Positions 30,611-42,500 of a stretch of DNA of 64,000 bases are shown piece by piece. Under the pieces are notes generated by a model. It had not been told where the DNA came from, searched no databases, and saw only the letters and a list, made by a program, of their open reading frames with translations. A program made the position numbers and the translations under genes. The DNA lies in the IMG/VR virus record IMGVR_UViG_3300031857_000010, positions 152,700 to 216,699 of that record. One strand, 5' to 3'. How positions within the stretch are numbered: the first letter of the stretch is position 1; each line of letters opens with the position of its first letter.

Positions 30611-31331
30611 ATTAGATATTTACAATATTAATCACAACAAAAATTTTAACCTCTCATGTCAACACAATTATCCCTGCCCCATGAAAGTATTTTTTCGTAT
30701 GCTTTTTTCATATCAGGTGTTGCCTCATCATAAACTTCTGCATTCTCGTAGCAACTACGACTCAATCCGCAGAGTATACGATAAAGACCCTCTGCAGTCT
30801 CTTTATCAAATTTCAATTTTTCATTCCTGTCACTTGAAAGTAAATCAGAATCCGGTTGATTAGGTAAAGGAAAATTGATAATTGCATCAATTCTTTGATT
30901 TACGATTTTTATTCTTTCATGATCTGAATCTTTTTGAAATTCATTAAATCTTTGATTGAATTTATTTATATCATCCCAACCACGCATTCCATTGACCCAT
31001 TGTTCTTTCTGAAGTAATTTTCCCTCTAATTTGGATTTGAGTAAAATCAAATCTGATAAGGACATTTTATCTAAAATTGAGTTCATATGTTATTTTTTTT
31101 AAAATTAAAACTCTCTAATAACTCTTGTTTGAGTTGCTCGAATTCAGTTTCATCATGAGGTGAATTTAAACACTGAAATTCTAATTCATCTCTTCTGTTA
31201 TCCATAAGATACAATACATGATAATCAGTTAATTGTTCAGAAATTCTATCGCCAGATTCTTTCATTTCTAATATCTGCGATTGAGATTCGGTGTGTGGAA
31301 ATTTTATTATTAATATTGGCTTGCTCATTTT

Positions 31332-31745
31332 TTATTTTATTAATTCTCTCAAAAAACCAACTCGGTCTTTTTTGAATTCTTTATACTGAGATTCACTGAA
31401 AACATCACTCTTATCATTATTGCAGAAATAACAAGTCAATTCACAGTTTTCTCTTGAATAAATTCCTTTAGGATTCTTCTTGTCCACTTCTAGCCAATAT
31501 CCACGATTAACTCCGGCTCTAGTTTCTCCATGAATGGGAAATCTATTAGAAGTTAATAATCCCCTATGAACAATCATTTGACTTTCCTTCTCCGTCAAAC
31601 CACAGTAGTGACAAAACTTGGGTTTGTTATCATACCAATCACGGAAATCCTCATAACTCAAGAATCCGGATTTCTTTTCTCTGACCTTTGACTTGTACCA
31701 ATCAGATAATTGTTTATCCGTTTTTGGTTTATAGATCCATTCCAT
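31332..31745 (-). CDS. HNH-like endonuclease
   Basis: CHYCG...LEVDKK....YS.ENC...C..CN..KSD. Confidence 0.7.
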   Translation of the reverse strand: MEWIYKPKTDKQLSDWYKSKVREKKSGFLSYEDFRDWYDNKPKFCHYCGLTEKESQMIVHRGLLTSNRFPIHGETRAGVNRGYWLEVDKKNPKGIYSRENCELTCYFCNNDKSDVFSESQYKEFKKDRVGFLRELIK

Positions 31746-32052
31746 GGTTTTTATTTTTTTGTTTTATCAACACCTAATTCAAGAGTTGGTCCACTGATAT
31801 CAACCCACATTTTACAAACAATTAAATTTAAACCCAACATATATCCCCTTACGTGGTTATCATCGCTAAAAATAAATTTTAAAGTGCCTTTGGCATTACC
31901 AACAGCCTTATATGTTTTTAACCACAAACCGAGTTCGTAGTTGTTTCTCATTCTGAATGATTCATAATGCTCAAGTTTTTTCTCCCAGCGGTGCCGGAAA
32001 ACAAATCTTAACTTGAACCATTTTGTTCTAAAGTTTAATATCATTATTTTAT

Positions 32053-32298
32053 TTATTTTAATTTTGCGTAAGCCTGAACTTGGTTTGTGTGAGAATCAAT
32101 ATATTCTTTTATAATTTCAAACTCAACATCTTTACCTTCCCAATCAACGGAATAATCACCGTAATCATTACAGGTTTTAACATCTGTTGGATGTAATGGT
32201 AAAGATAATTTTTCTTCTTTATAATTCAAAGGGGGAAAATTATAGTGAATGTAATTCACAAACCAACCACGATCTGTTTTATTTAAAGTTCCTTTCAT
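32053..32298 (-). CDS. small protein, MKG.L family (with 36028, 36659)
   Basis: MKG.L.K...W.V.Y...LPLHP...VEFE...YAKL. Confidence 0.65.
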   Translation of the reverse strand: MKGTLNKTDRGWFVNYIHYNFPPLNYKEEKLSLPLHPTDVKTCNDYGDYSVDWEGKDVEFEIIKEYIDSHTNQVQAYAKLK

Positions 32299-32564
32299 AA
32301 ATTAACAAAAATTATAAGAGTATTTTTTGTAAATATACAAATTTCCCAACACTTGCATCTCGCCATGTCCTGTGTATTTATTTATTAAATATTTTTCTGC
32401 TTCTTCTTGGGTTGCAAAAGATATTCTCTCTGAAGATATTTCTTTTCTCCGTATTTCTTCCCATTTTAAAAATATTTTTTTTTCAATTATAAATTCTGTT
32501 TTGCAATTTTTACCTGCAACATCGTGAATTATTTTTTTTATTCTAAATTTCATTTGATCTTTTT

Positions 32565-32912
32565 TTAATATAAATCTTCACTGAATAAACCTATCATGGG
32601 ATTTGACAAGAAATTTCTATAAACCTGCCCAGCTTTTATTGCTATTTCCATCGCTTCTAATCTATTAACAAATCTGTTCTGTGATGTCATAAACCCCTGC
32701 TCAGTTTCTCCAACACCATCTGGTGAAAATCTAACAGTTCTTAATTCAGAAAGGGATTTGACTATATCTATGCAATTTGCATGTCTATGACCACAAACCA
32801 CAATACCCTTATCAATATTTTTCGGTGGATAAACTTGATTGGGTAAATCCTTATACCATATTGCAGCACAGGTTATGTACTCCTCAGGCTTAAATGGTTT
32901 GTTGGGATTCAT
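32565..32912 (-). CDS. phage hypothetical protein
   Basis: CAAIW, GHRH, EQGF.TS..RFV.R.EA, LFSEDLY motifs. Confidence 0.7.
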   Translation of the reverse strand: MNPNKPFKPEEYITCAAIWYKDLPNQVYPPKNIDKGIVVCGHRHANCIDIVKSLSELRTVRFSPDGVGETEQGFMTSQNRFVNRLEAMEIAIKAGQVYRNFLSNPMIGLFSEDLY

Positions 32913-32994
32913 TGACAGTGGTGAAATAATTTAAATATTAAATATAAAAATAATACACCTACTACAAATCCTTTAAAAAAATCTCCGGGCCTTT

Positions 32995-33231
32995 TCATAA
33001 CTTTTCTATTTCTTGTTTGACTTGTTTCCAATATTCTCTTGTATCACAATCTTCATAAGACCATTCATCATTACAATCAAACACATCTAATTTGATTATC
33101 TCATCCACAGCTATCAATGCACATTCTTCAGCTAGTTCTTCAATTACAAATCCATCAATGCGATACTTTCCCCTTAGTATTTCTCTTTTATATCTGCTTA
33201 CTAACTCTTCAGCTTTTTCTTTTGGTGTCAT
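32995..33231 (-). CDS. small protein, MTPKEKA family
   Basis: MTPKEKAEEL...CALIAVDEI...YW..VK.EIEKL. Confidence 0.72.
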   Translation of the reverse strand: MTPKEKAEELVSRYKREILRGKYRIDGFVIEELAEECALIAVDEIIKLDVFDCNDEWSYEDCDTREYWKQVKQEIEKL

Positions 33232-33253
33232 AGTGTGTCTGATTTAATGTTTG

Positions 33254-33354
33254 TAGTCAGGACAGGATTCGAACCTGTACGCCTTTCATCCTGAATACCG
33301 CGACAATACGCTGAAAGACCTCGGATAGTGCGTCTACCATTCCGCCACCTGACT
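33254..33354 (-). ncRNA. tRNA-scaffold element 2 (50-nt insert)
   Basis: Same flanking arms as element 1, unrelated insert. Confidence 0.75.
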
Positions 33355-33717
33355 ATTTTATTTATAATTTTTATTACACCGGGAACATTTTGCTTTAGAA
33401 GATATTCTGCCGTTTTCAGGAACAGCTCCGAATTCATCTATGTAATCTTGTAATGAAGCAACCCATTTATGCCAGCCAAAAAAACATAATATCTTTTTCA
33501 TTTTTCTTATTTGGTAGAGTTGAAATAATAAAATAGTCCCCAAAGAATCGCAGCGATCAAAACATGCCAAGTCGTTTTGTTGAGCTGTAATTGATTGCGG
33601 TTCATTATTCCAGTGATGGTGTTCGTCACTGCTATAAACGAGATATATAAAGCAAAAATTAACAAAATGCTTGTAAATATTGGCAAGACAAAATGCATCA
33701 TGTTGAATGTTGAGCAA

Positions 33718-33960
33718 TTATTTTCCATAGATTTCGTTATAATATTCTTCATCTGTTAAATATGTAGTAACTCTACCCCTGCAATCTCCAAATGATACTG
33801 CTTCCATTATCTGCTCCTTCTCCATTTCTTTGGCTTTATATTTATATTCAGTAGCTCTAATACCATAGAGTGCTGCCGATATATTGCCTTCAGTAAAATC
33901 AATTAATAAGTCATTTGTCTTTTCAAATAGCCATTCAACTGCGGTCTGTTTTTTTTCCAT
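33718..33960 (-). CDS. small protein, ME..QTA..W family
   Basis: MEKKQTAVEWL...AKEMEKEQ...YYNEIYGK. Confidence 0.72.
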   Translation of the reverse strand: MEKKQTAVEWLFEKTNDLLIDFTEGNISAALYGIRATEYKYKAKEMEKEQIMEAVSFGDCRGRVTTYLTDEEYYNEIYGK

Positions 33961-34205
33961 AGGTTATTTTTTTAGTTGTTTTTGCATCCATTTAGCACCT
34001 CTGAAGTAAGCATCTATTTCTGCATCACAGCCACTACCATACATTTCTTCCATTGCTAAGATAGATTGGTTGAATAGTTCCTCATCAGTTGGTAGTTCAA
34101 TGGCGGTTACATATTCATCAATATAATTGATAATATGTTTAGCATCTATCATTGATACTTCGCATTTTTCTGCTGCAATTAAAAACATTTCTTTAGTATA
34201 TAGTT

Positions 34206-34448
34206 TCATAACTTTTCTATTTCTTCTTTTACTTTTATCCAATAGTCATGTTTAGATTCATCAGTATTATTCCTGAATATCTCATCTACTGCTATTAAGG
34301 CACATTTTTTACCTCCTTCATATCCTATTTCACAAGTTTTATAATTTGCACCCGCATACTCTTGATATTTATAAGTCTGTATGCTCATTTTATCAAGCAA
34401 CTCTTCAGCTTTTTCTTTTGGTGTCATAGCGGTCTGTTTCTTTTCCAT
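34206..34448 (-). CDS. MTPKEKA-family protein with fused MEKKQTA start
   Basis: MEKKQTA-MTPKEKAEELL...CALIAVDEI...EIEKL. Confidence 0.65.
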   Translation of the reverse strand: MEKKQTAMTPKEKAEELLDKMSIQTYKYQEYAGANYKTCEIGYEGGKKCALIAVDEIFRNNTDESKHDYWIKVKEEIEKL

Positions 34449-34668
34449 ACGTTTCGTTGTAGTATTGTTCAAATTCTTCTTTGTGGAACTTCAGTGAATG
34501 TTCTCCATTAACATAATTCTTTTTAATGTAGTCAAACATCTGCTCCTTCTCCATCTGCTTGGCTTGGTCAATTACTTGCATCCATTCACTTGCGGATAAT
34601 GCTTTTTGTTTTTGGTCACTTTTAATTTGCTCTGTGAGCCAATTAACTGCGGTTTGTTTGGTTTCCAT
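34405..34668 (-). CDS. small protein, ME..QTA..W family
   Basis: METKQTAVNWL...AKQMEKEQ...YYNETYGK. Confidence 0.7.
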   Translation of the reverse strand: METKQTAVNWLTEQIKSDQKQKALSASEWMQVIDQAKQMEKEQMFDYIKKNYVNGEHSLKFHKEEFEQYYNETYGKETDRYDTKRKS

Positions 34669-34894
34669 AGGTTATTTAAATGTTACGTTAATAATGTTTT
34701 TAGTCACTATACTATTACCATCTTTGTAAATGGTATCACCTTTTCCAGTTCTATTGTTCTCTTTCGAAGTTCAATAATTTCGTCTTTTTCCTTTAATTCC
34801 GCTTCCTGTATTTTGACAATATTATTGAGCAAGTCGATAACTTCTTTCTGTAAGTCAAATAACTTTTGGAATTCCTCTTGTTCCATTTAAAATC

Positions 34895-35107
34895 CTATTT
34901 TGTATGATTTTTACAATTTCCCTTATGTGTCAATACCGTTGCATTTCCCCAAGGACCATACAAGTACTCACAACTATCTATGATCACTATCTCGACATGA
35001 TTACCACCTTCTAAAATATATTTTGTTTTTTGAACCGGAACATTAGGTTCACTACACGAAATGAAACAGATCAATAGTAGACTTATTGCAATAAATATTT
35101 TTTTCAT
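34895..35107 (-). CDS. small lipoprotein
   Basis: MKKIFIAISLLLICFISC lipobox; IDSCEY, LTHKGNC. Confidence 0.65.
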   Translation of the reverse strand: MKKIFIAISLLLICFISCSEPNVPVQKTKYILEGGNHVEIVIIDSCEYLYGPWGNATVLTHKGNCKNHTK

Positions 35108-35343
35108 ATTTCTTCTTTTTTGAATATTAATATTGCCAACGAAATAAAAATATGTAAAATCAAAGAAAAAGCTCCGGAAATAATTAAAAGCCACCAAGTT
35201 TTGTAAGGTGTACTTCCGAAGTTTGATAATAAAAAATAAAATAGCCACGCTAAAACAATACTTCTTTTGTGTGAAAGTAAAATTTCCTTGAATAATTTGA
35301 ATGTTATTTTCTTTTTCATGATTATAATAATTTATTTTTTATT

Positions 35344-36024
35344 TTATATTTCTAAAATATTTCCATGAGATGTAATACCCTTATCAAATTTTCCATCCTC
35401 CACACAAGTTCCATTGGAAAATATTGTCCTGCATCCGTACACTTGTTTTGTACCAGCATTCGTAATTACTCCACAATTATGAATGTGACCGAACAAACAT
35501 AATTTAGGTTGTAATTCCAACATCTTCTTCTTCATGTTTGAACAACCACACAAATCATAATTATTATTCCTATCAATTGTCAAATCCAAAATTCCTTTTG
35601 GTGGTCCGTGAGAAATTACAATATCAGTATCGTCCGGAATTGAATCCCAAACCTTGAACATCTTTTCACGTTTCCTATTCCATGCCCAACCTACACCAAA
35701 TTCAGGTGTGCATGGTGTGCCCCAAATGTTTATTCCCCCAATCTGTGTTGAAGAGTTTTCTAAATAGATAATTCCTTTAGCGTGTATTTGGCCCGGAGTT
35801 ACCAACCTCTTTTCGATGCTGGTATCGTGATTTCCGGCAACAAATATTTTATATTTGATATCTAAACTAGAAAACCATTCCAAAAAATTTAATACCTCCG
35901 GTTCATTCAAATAGGGACTTGATGGATTTGAAACATCACCGGAATGAATAATCATATCAATACCATCAGGAATTTTGAGAAACCCATGTAAAGTGTGGGT
36001 ATCACTGATATGCCATATTTTCAT
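35344..36024 (-). CDS. calcineurin-like metallophosphoesterase
   Basis: SDTH, HSGD, AGNHD, SHGPP, FGHIH. Confidence 0.92.
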   Translation of the reverse strand: MKIWHISDTHTLHGFLKIPDGIDMIIHSGDVSNPSSPYLNEPEVLNFLEWFSSLDIKYKIFVAGNHDTSIEKRLVTPGQIHAKGIIYLENSSTQIGGINIWGTPCTPEFGVGWAWNRKREKMFKVWDSIPDDTDIVISHGPPKGILDLTIDRNNNYDLCGCSNMKKKMLELQPKLCLFGHIHNCGVITNAGTKQVYGCRTIFSNGTCVEDGKFDKGITSHGNILEI

Positions 36025-36658
36025 AAATTAAAAGTTATGTACTTTTGCACATAATGTTTTTGTTGTTTCAGATTTATCATTATTCTCATCAGAAATCTCT
36101 ACTAAGTCGAATTTGACTTTGGGGTTTGACATTATCCTGCTTTCAATGTGGTCGAACACCCTATCGTATATTTTTAGCTGTTCTAGATTATCCGGATGCA
36201 AGGGTATTTCACGGTTCACAATCTCCGTTAAACCCCAACCTCCGTAATCTTCATATTGGACGAACCAAACATCGCCCCTTTTGATCATTTCTCCTTCCAT
36301 GATAAATTTATTTTATCTACCATTGATAAGTTATCAATAACAACTACTTTATTTGTTTTTTTCATTATATGATTTATTATGAATTTTTTTTTCAGTCTTA
36401 ATTGATTTGTAATTTAGATAATCTATTATGTCAAATATTATCCCGCCATTTGGTTCACAATCAAAATTTTCAAAAACCATCTGGATGCCTAATGCAACTT
36501 TAGCACTATCCTCCGGACTTATTTTTTCTAATTCTGAAGATAGTTTTCCCAAACCATTATAGGTTAATTTCTTTTTCAAAAATCTGTTCATGAATTTTTT
36601 TTTTAATTATCAACTATTCATATGGTTTTCAAAGTGTTCGATTATTTTATTTCTCCTT

Positions 36659-37234
36659 TCATGACATATTCACTTTTTCAATTATATTATCAACTTCGTT
36701 CAGGTTAAATTCGCAATCTCTCTTATATTTTTCCAATTTATCCAATATGTAAACCTGAGTCGCCTTATCTTTTACCATATTTTCATCTGTTGTCGGATAA
36801 TCGTTATGCAGCGTCCAATTGTCCTTGTGGATGTAGAACGGTTTCTGTTTCATACCACGGTTGAACAACATCATCGTTCCACCATCACGTATTGTTGAAA
36901 TTTCATCTATTGAAAATAAAATATTTCCTTTAATAACGTATTCTTTGATCCATTCTTCTTTTTGGAATTCGTAAACATCCGGAAATATTAGTTTAGCATA
37001 CCTAAATGGCGTAAAATTTTTTTCATCATACCCACTCGTTACCATTTCAAATTCAACTTTTTCACCTTCCTCTAAAGTTTTATATCTTATTTCACCATCT
37101 TTGATAAAATGTATTGAATTAGAATCAGGTGATAATTCCGTAAACATCCAATGCGTTCCGTGTCCAAAAGAATGCAGGTCGGACCACTTTACCATCCAGA
37201 CACCTTCACTATTTCTTGTCAATGCTCCTTTCAT
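36659..37234 (-). CDS. hypothetical protein with MKG.L-family N-terminal module
   Basis: N-terminal similarity to 32053 and 36028. Confidence 0.65.
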   Translation of the reverse strand: MKGALTRNSEGVWMVKWSDLHSFGHGTHWMFTELSPDSNSIHFIKDGEIRYKTLEEGEKVEFEMVTSGYDEKNFTPFRYAKLIFPDVYEFQKEEWIKEYVIKGNILFSIDEISTIRDGGTMMLFNRGMKQKPFYIHKDNWTLHNDYPTTDENMVKDKATQVYILDKLEKYKRDCEFNLNEVDNIIEKVNMS

Positions 37235-38191
37235 AACTTTCTATTGTTTTGTTGTTGTAATTAACCCCTATTTTAATATTTCCATCTTCAACTACAGTGT
37301 ATATAGTAACACCCCATTGTTTGGCAAAGTCTGGATTGGTTTTTATTTTGTTGATGAATTCTTCTTTCTTTTCAAAAAATGGTGTTAAACATAATGTTAA
37401 CCAACCACCCTTTGCAATCATTTCGCGTTCTTGTTTTTTTGTTTCTCTAATACAAGAATAATAATAATTCAAATACGCTTCATCCAATAATTCTTGTTGT
37501 TCTTTATTCATAACTTTCCACTGTTTCGTTGTTGTATGTTATTTTGATTAGTTTGGTTGGGATGTTGGAACCATCTAATATTTGATGGGTATATGGTGCA
37601 AAAGTTCGAGCAATACCATCTCTTTTCTTTTTATAATCTACTCTTTCTTCCAAACTCAACTCTCTTTCCTCAATCTTCAATCCCCATTTTTCAGAGAACC
37701 AATCAAGATTTTTAATTTTTTCAACAAACATAACTTTAGTCATTGGATTTGTATCAAAAGAATATCTTTCTATTTCAGATTGGTTCTCAAATGATTTACA
37801 ATAAAAATCATATACTTCATCAATAATCTGGTTATATTTTTCTTTATTCATAAATTTCTATTTTTTCATCTTTGTATGTTAGTGTGATTAGTTTTGTTGG
37901 GATATTCCATTCATTCGTCAAATGCCATTCCATTTCTTCAAAGCTCCAATATGGCCAATTCCAGTAGGTACGCCGTTTTTCTCGGGATAAGTCCATTCTT
38001 TCTTCCAAACTCAACTCTCGTTCTTCAATCTTTAGTCCCCATTTTTCAGAGAATTCGGAATCGGTTTTACATTTATCGATGAATTCTTCTTTTGATAATA
38101 TTAAACCACTAATTCCAAATGACCCTCTTTCAACACTTTTTTTAATGAAGTAATTATTATAAACCTCATCAATAATCTGTTCTTTATTCAT
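37209..38191 (-). repeat. three tandem paralogous ORFs (MNKE family: 37844-38191, 37504-37851, 37209-37511)
   Basis: MNKE...IDE.Y...F..K.K....F..KWG...Y....E.YE; DNA-level similarity between the first two. Confidence 0.8.
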
Positions 38192-38676
38192 AACTTTTCT
38201 ACTGTAATTTTAACTTTACCTGATGACACTAATTCAATTACCTTCATACACTCATTCCAGTTTTTACAACCGCTTAAATCAACTTTAATTATGTTTTTCT
38301 TTTTCATGATGTGTTTTATTTATTTTAAATAAATTATACTTTTAATTTCCCCCAGTTCTTTGACGACGAATTTCGCTTTTTTTAATTTTTCGTGTTTCTT
38401 TTGTTACTGCTGGATGATACAATTCACCTCTTTTGCCCGGACGAACATATTTTGGACCATTTTTACCCTTATTCGGACGATAATTCTTTTTCTTAGAGAA
38501 TTTTACCACATTCTTGGATTGATATGTAGATAACCCAGATTGCGGAGTAAAACAGGAGGTAATTAATAAAAACCCCAATAACAATAAACAAAAACATTTA
38601 ATGTTATACCATAAAAAAGATTCTTCTTTTTGTTTAAATAAAATTTTCATGCAATTAAAATTTAATTTGATTTTCT

Positions 38677-39279
38677 TTAATTTATTACATTATCCGAACG
38701 ATTTATAATTTTTTTTATAATTTTTGTTGGAGCATTTTCCGGATTTAACTTATCAATTATTTCAAAATGGTCAATTAAGGAACCTACGAATGGTTTTAAT
38801 GTTCCTTTTGACATTTTTTCTTCCAGTTGTGAATTTCTGTATCCACCTTCATGTGTAGGTGTTAATATCCCCTTTTTGAAATGCTCTTCTAATTGAACGG
38901 ACACCACCTCCACCACCCCCACTTCCATCACAGGTGGTGTCAATACCCCCTTTTTGAAATGCTCTTCTATTCCGTGCAGTGGCTTGAAACTGAAATGAAA
39001 AGGTGTCAATACCTCATTTTTTAAATGCTCTTCTAGTAAATCTGAGATCATATCGTTGATTTGCATGTTGTTATATCCAAACTCTAATTCAAATAAAGAC
39101 CATACCTTTGTATATTTACAATATAAATAATTGTTTTTCCAATCCTGCTCGAATAAAACCTCTCCTTCTGAAACCATAAATATAGATTCAGGATAACGAT
39201 CCCATGTCATCCATTCACACGAGTTCCATAATTTTAAAAACTCGTATTCAGCATCAGTTCTTATTTCAGTTAACAACAT
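38677..39279 (-). CDS. hypothetical protein with internal EEH(F/L)K..(V/I)LTP repeats
   Basis: Three clear and one degenerate repeat; N-terminal YP.S.F module shared with 41096-41452. Confidence 0.65.
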   Translation of the reverse strand: MLLTEIRTDAEYEFLKLWNSCEWMTWDRYPESIFMVSEGEVLFEQDWKNNYLYCKYTKVWSLFELEFGYNNMQINDMISDLLEEHLKNEVLTPFHFSFKPLHGIEEHFKKGVLTPPVMEVGVVEVVSVQLEEHFKKGILTPTHEGGYRNSQLEEKMSKGTLKPFVGSLIDHFEIIDKLNPENAPTKIIKKIINRSDNVIN

Positions 39280-39587
39280 TATTGTTTTAAATGATTAACA
39301 ACACCATCAGAATCAGGTTTACCCCAATTCCTCTGATAATTTATTTTCATCTTTTCATCTATGCAATCACAAATATCTTCGTAACTCATTCCGTCAGCAG
39401 CTGCTGCACCAAATAACAATAAAAAACAATCAGCGAACTCCAAACTCCTGTTTTCAGACCTATCCTTTAAATCAGAAATTAATTCCTCTAATTCCTGCTT
39501 TAAATGTGAGATCTTTGACAAAGAAGTCGATTTACTGAAAGTTTTTTTCTGCCATTCAGTTATTTCTATAAACTGATCTTTCCTCAT
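39279..39587 (-). CDS. MazG-like (DUF550-type) nucleotide pyrophosphohydrolase
   Basis: W...TF, HL..E..E, EFAD, K..IN..R.W, V.H. Confidence 0.75.
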   Translation of the reverse strand: MRKDQFIEITEWQKKTFSKSTSLSKISHLKQELEELISDLKDRSENRSLEFADCFLLLFGAAAADGMSYEDICDCIDEKMKINYQRNWGKPDSDGVVNHLKQ

Positions 39588-39922
39588 ATTGTATCATAAA
39601 CCATCTAATTTTGTTTTGAATTTCTTGTCCCCGAATGTTACAGATTTGAAACCTCCTCGTGGACCTCTTTCTATTTCTGTAATTGGACCATATAAGTGTA
39701 TCGCCTCTTCAGCAGTTAAGTTTCTGGTTATTAAAAACCAATTTGGATAAACACATTTTAAACCACCAAATTTTGATAATGAAGAAAATCGCTCCTCTCC
39801 AATATGGCTTGTGATTCTAAATCCCCAACTTATAGTTTCTCCACTATAAGAATCATAAATCATTGGTCCAAATGAAGATAAACAATCTTCAAATCCTTCA
39901 GGTTTGTTCATGGTTTTTTCTT

Positions 39923-40513
39923 TTATTTTATGAATATATCCGTTTCAGAAGATTTTCCTCTAGTATCAGTATAGTCGAAATTCTTCTCTAATTTTTCTCC
40001 TTTGAAATATATTTCCTCAAGAATATCTATTTCTCCTTCCGGAGTATTTATGTAATTGTCTAGATAATCAAAATCCTCGATTTTGGGAACTTCATCTGAT
40101 TCAAATTCACAACCATATATTTGACCCTTGTTACTGTCAGAGGCAAACAAAATATAATCGTGACCACAAGTTTCAGGATCAGCATCATACTCTTCCCTTT
40201 CAACTTCCTCAAATTTCTCAGAATCGTGATTTATATCACACAATTTAAATGATAAGACTTCAACATCATTCTCATCCAAAACACTGAAATAAGTGTCGTT
40301 TTCATATAAAAACGCACAGGAAATAGTAAAATGGTTAGTATCCCATCGGAAATAATCCTCTAAGATATATTCAAGCTCATCCATCATATCATGGAAACTT
40401 TCAAAATCATTTTCTTCTTTGGAAGAAATTATTTCGTCATACTCATCCTGAGTTAAAGAATGTGCAGAAGCCTCAAGTTCCCAACCAGATAAAATCAATT
40501 TATATTTTGCCAT
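39923..40513 (-). CDS. acidic hypothetical protein
   Basis: 196-aa D/E-rich ORF. Confidence 0.65.
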   Translation of the reverse strand: MAKYKLILSGWELEASAHSLTQDEYDEIISSKEENDFESFHDMMDELEYILEDYFRWDTNHFTISCAFLYENDTYFSVLDENDVEVLSFKLCDINHDSEKFEEVEREEYDADPETCGHDYILFASDSNKGQIYGCEFESDEVPKIEDFDYLDNYINTPEGEIDILEEIYFKGEKLEKNFDYTDTRGKSSETDIFIK

Positions 40514-42500
40514 TTTTTTGTAGTTTTTTTATTTATAAATTATTTTAATCTTCATCTTCTTCATCATCCTCATCTTCCTCTCTGTTATTTTGCACCAAAT
40601 CCTCTTCAGTCAATTCCTCAATAACAGTTTGACTGGATTCGTTGTAATATCTATTCCATTCTTCCTCCGCATACATCACCTCATCCTCTAAATTAGCAGA
40701 GTATTCTGAATTAACCGCTTTCATTTTAGAAATATTCTCTTCTACATATTTTTTCATCTCCTCTATATTCATACCTTTTAATTCTGGATGCGTATCCTCA
40801 TTAACAATTACCGCATATTTTTGCGTAAAATGAGTTTCTGTTTCCGTAAAATAAACTTTTAATGAAGGTTTCTTTTCCATGTATTTGACTTTTTGTTTGT
40901 TTTATTTTTTAATTTCATAAGTAGGGCCACCACCAACATCTCTGGTCCAATGATCATCATTGTCGTCTATTTCACCATCCATAACGATTTGTAAAGCCTC
41001 TTCCTCAGATTCTGCCTCTACTGTGTAAGTAACATACTCAATTAATTGAGTTTTTCCGATAATAGTGTAAGTTTTCATTTTATAAAATTATTTTTTTATA
41101 ATGGTTTAAAATTTCCTTTAGCATATTCAATTTTTAACATAGAGGAATTCAATTCCCCCCAACACATAATTTCTAACCTCTCCTTGTCTTTATTGTCTTC
41201 ATAATTATTAATTATCATATCTATCGCTTCCATAACTTCATATTCACTTAAATCATTGTTTTTTACCATTTCGTCAAAATCAAAATGAGAAAGCCAAAAA
41301 ATCTTCTTTTCGTTATCAATCTGAAAATAACAATGCTCACCCCAAAATAGAAAAACACTATCTGGGTAATATTCATTTGCCATCTTCTTGCATCCAGATA
41401 ATAATTCTTTAAATGCAAACTCAAATGGACAACCCATCTCTTCAAGAATCATATCGTTATTTTTAATCTAATTTTTCCGTCCCAATAAGAAAACTCCTGA
41501 TTTTCATGTTCATCGTGTCACCATCTACCGTATCAATATATAAAACATAATCGTCCTTTATATCTATTACCTTGTAATACCTGATATAAGGTTTCTCAAA
41601 AGGATTATCCTCATTATAAGAATATTTGTACAGATCATCTATCTTTAAATCGTTTCGTTCTTTGACTGGCTTAAATATGAAAAACCATGATCCGATTATA
41701 AAAATACATGAAAATACCATTAAGAATATTTTCGCATTCAAACTAAGATTATTATTATTTTTTTCCATTTTTTAAAAATTTAATTTTTTTTGTTATTCTA
41801 TTTCTTCTTTACTCATTATCCTTTTACCTACAATTATCAATTTCCACCTCTCTTTGTTTTTGTCAATGATGTTCCCAGATACATTTCCCCCATCATCCCC
41901 AAATACCCTAAACCAAGATGTTACCTCCTGATTGATCTTGATTGATTCATAATACTGTTGAGTCGTTGGAACCTCGAATATTATCGTGTTGTTTTTTGGA
42001 TAATTACAGTCATTTTTTTTGACAAATGGAATTACCTCGTAAGTAACCAAGTATTCAGGAGTGTCAAATCCAATTACCCCAGTAGCAACTTTTTTGGCTT
42101 TTTGACCATATAGAAATCCAGAATTCAATAAAAAAATAGCAAAAATTAAATTGATTAACCTTTTCATTTCTTAATTTATTTTATTTTAATTTATTTTTTT
42201 TTACCCCTAAAATAATTCCAAGCATCCTCAGTACCCCATAGATAAATCTTGTCCTCTATGTATTTTAACCTTTTCCTAAACCAAAGCGATAAAAATAACG
42301 CTAAAAATGCAATTGCTAAGAAAATAAAGGATTCACCCCCCTTAATATAAAATAGTGACATCCCTAATGACCCTAAAATAAAAAACAAGCATAGGTTAAT
42401 ACCTATCTTGTATGGTCTTTTTAGCCTTTTAGCTAAATCATTTAAATCTACTACATTTTTCATTTCTATATAAAAACTTTAAATTATTTGTCTACCCCCC

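Noticed and set aside
33228-33437. 69-aa ORF and N-terminal extension of 28622-29005 sharing TGSNPVLTT
   Set aside because: The shared peptide is just the translated T-arm of the tRNA-scaffold elements.
37209-38191. Diversity-generating retroelement TR/VR pair
   Set aside because: Differences between paralogs are not adenine-specific and no reverse transcriptase is present.
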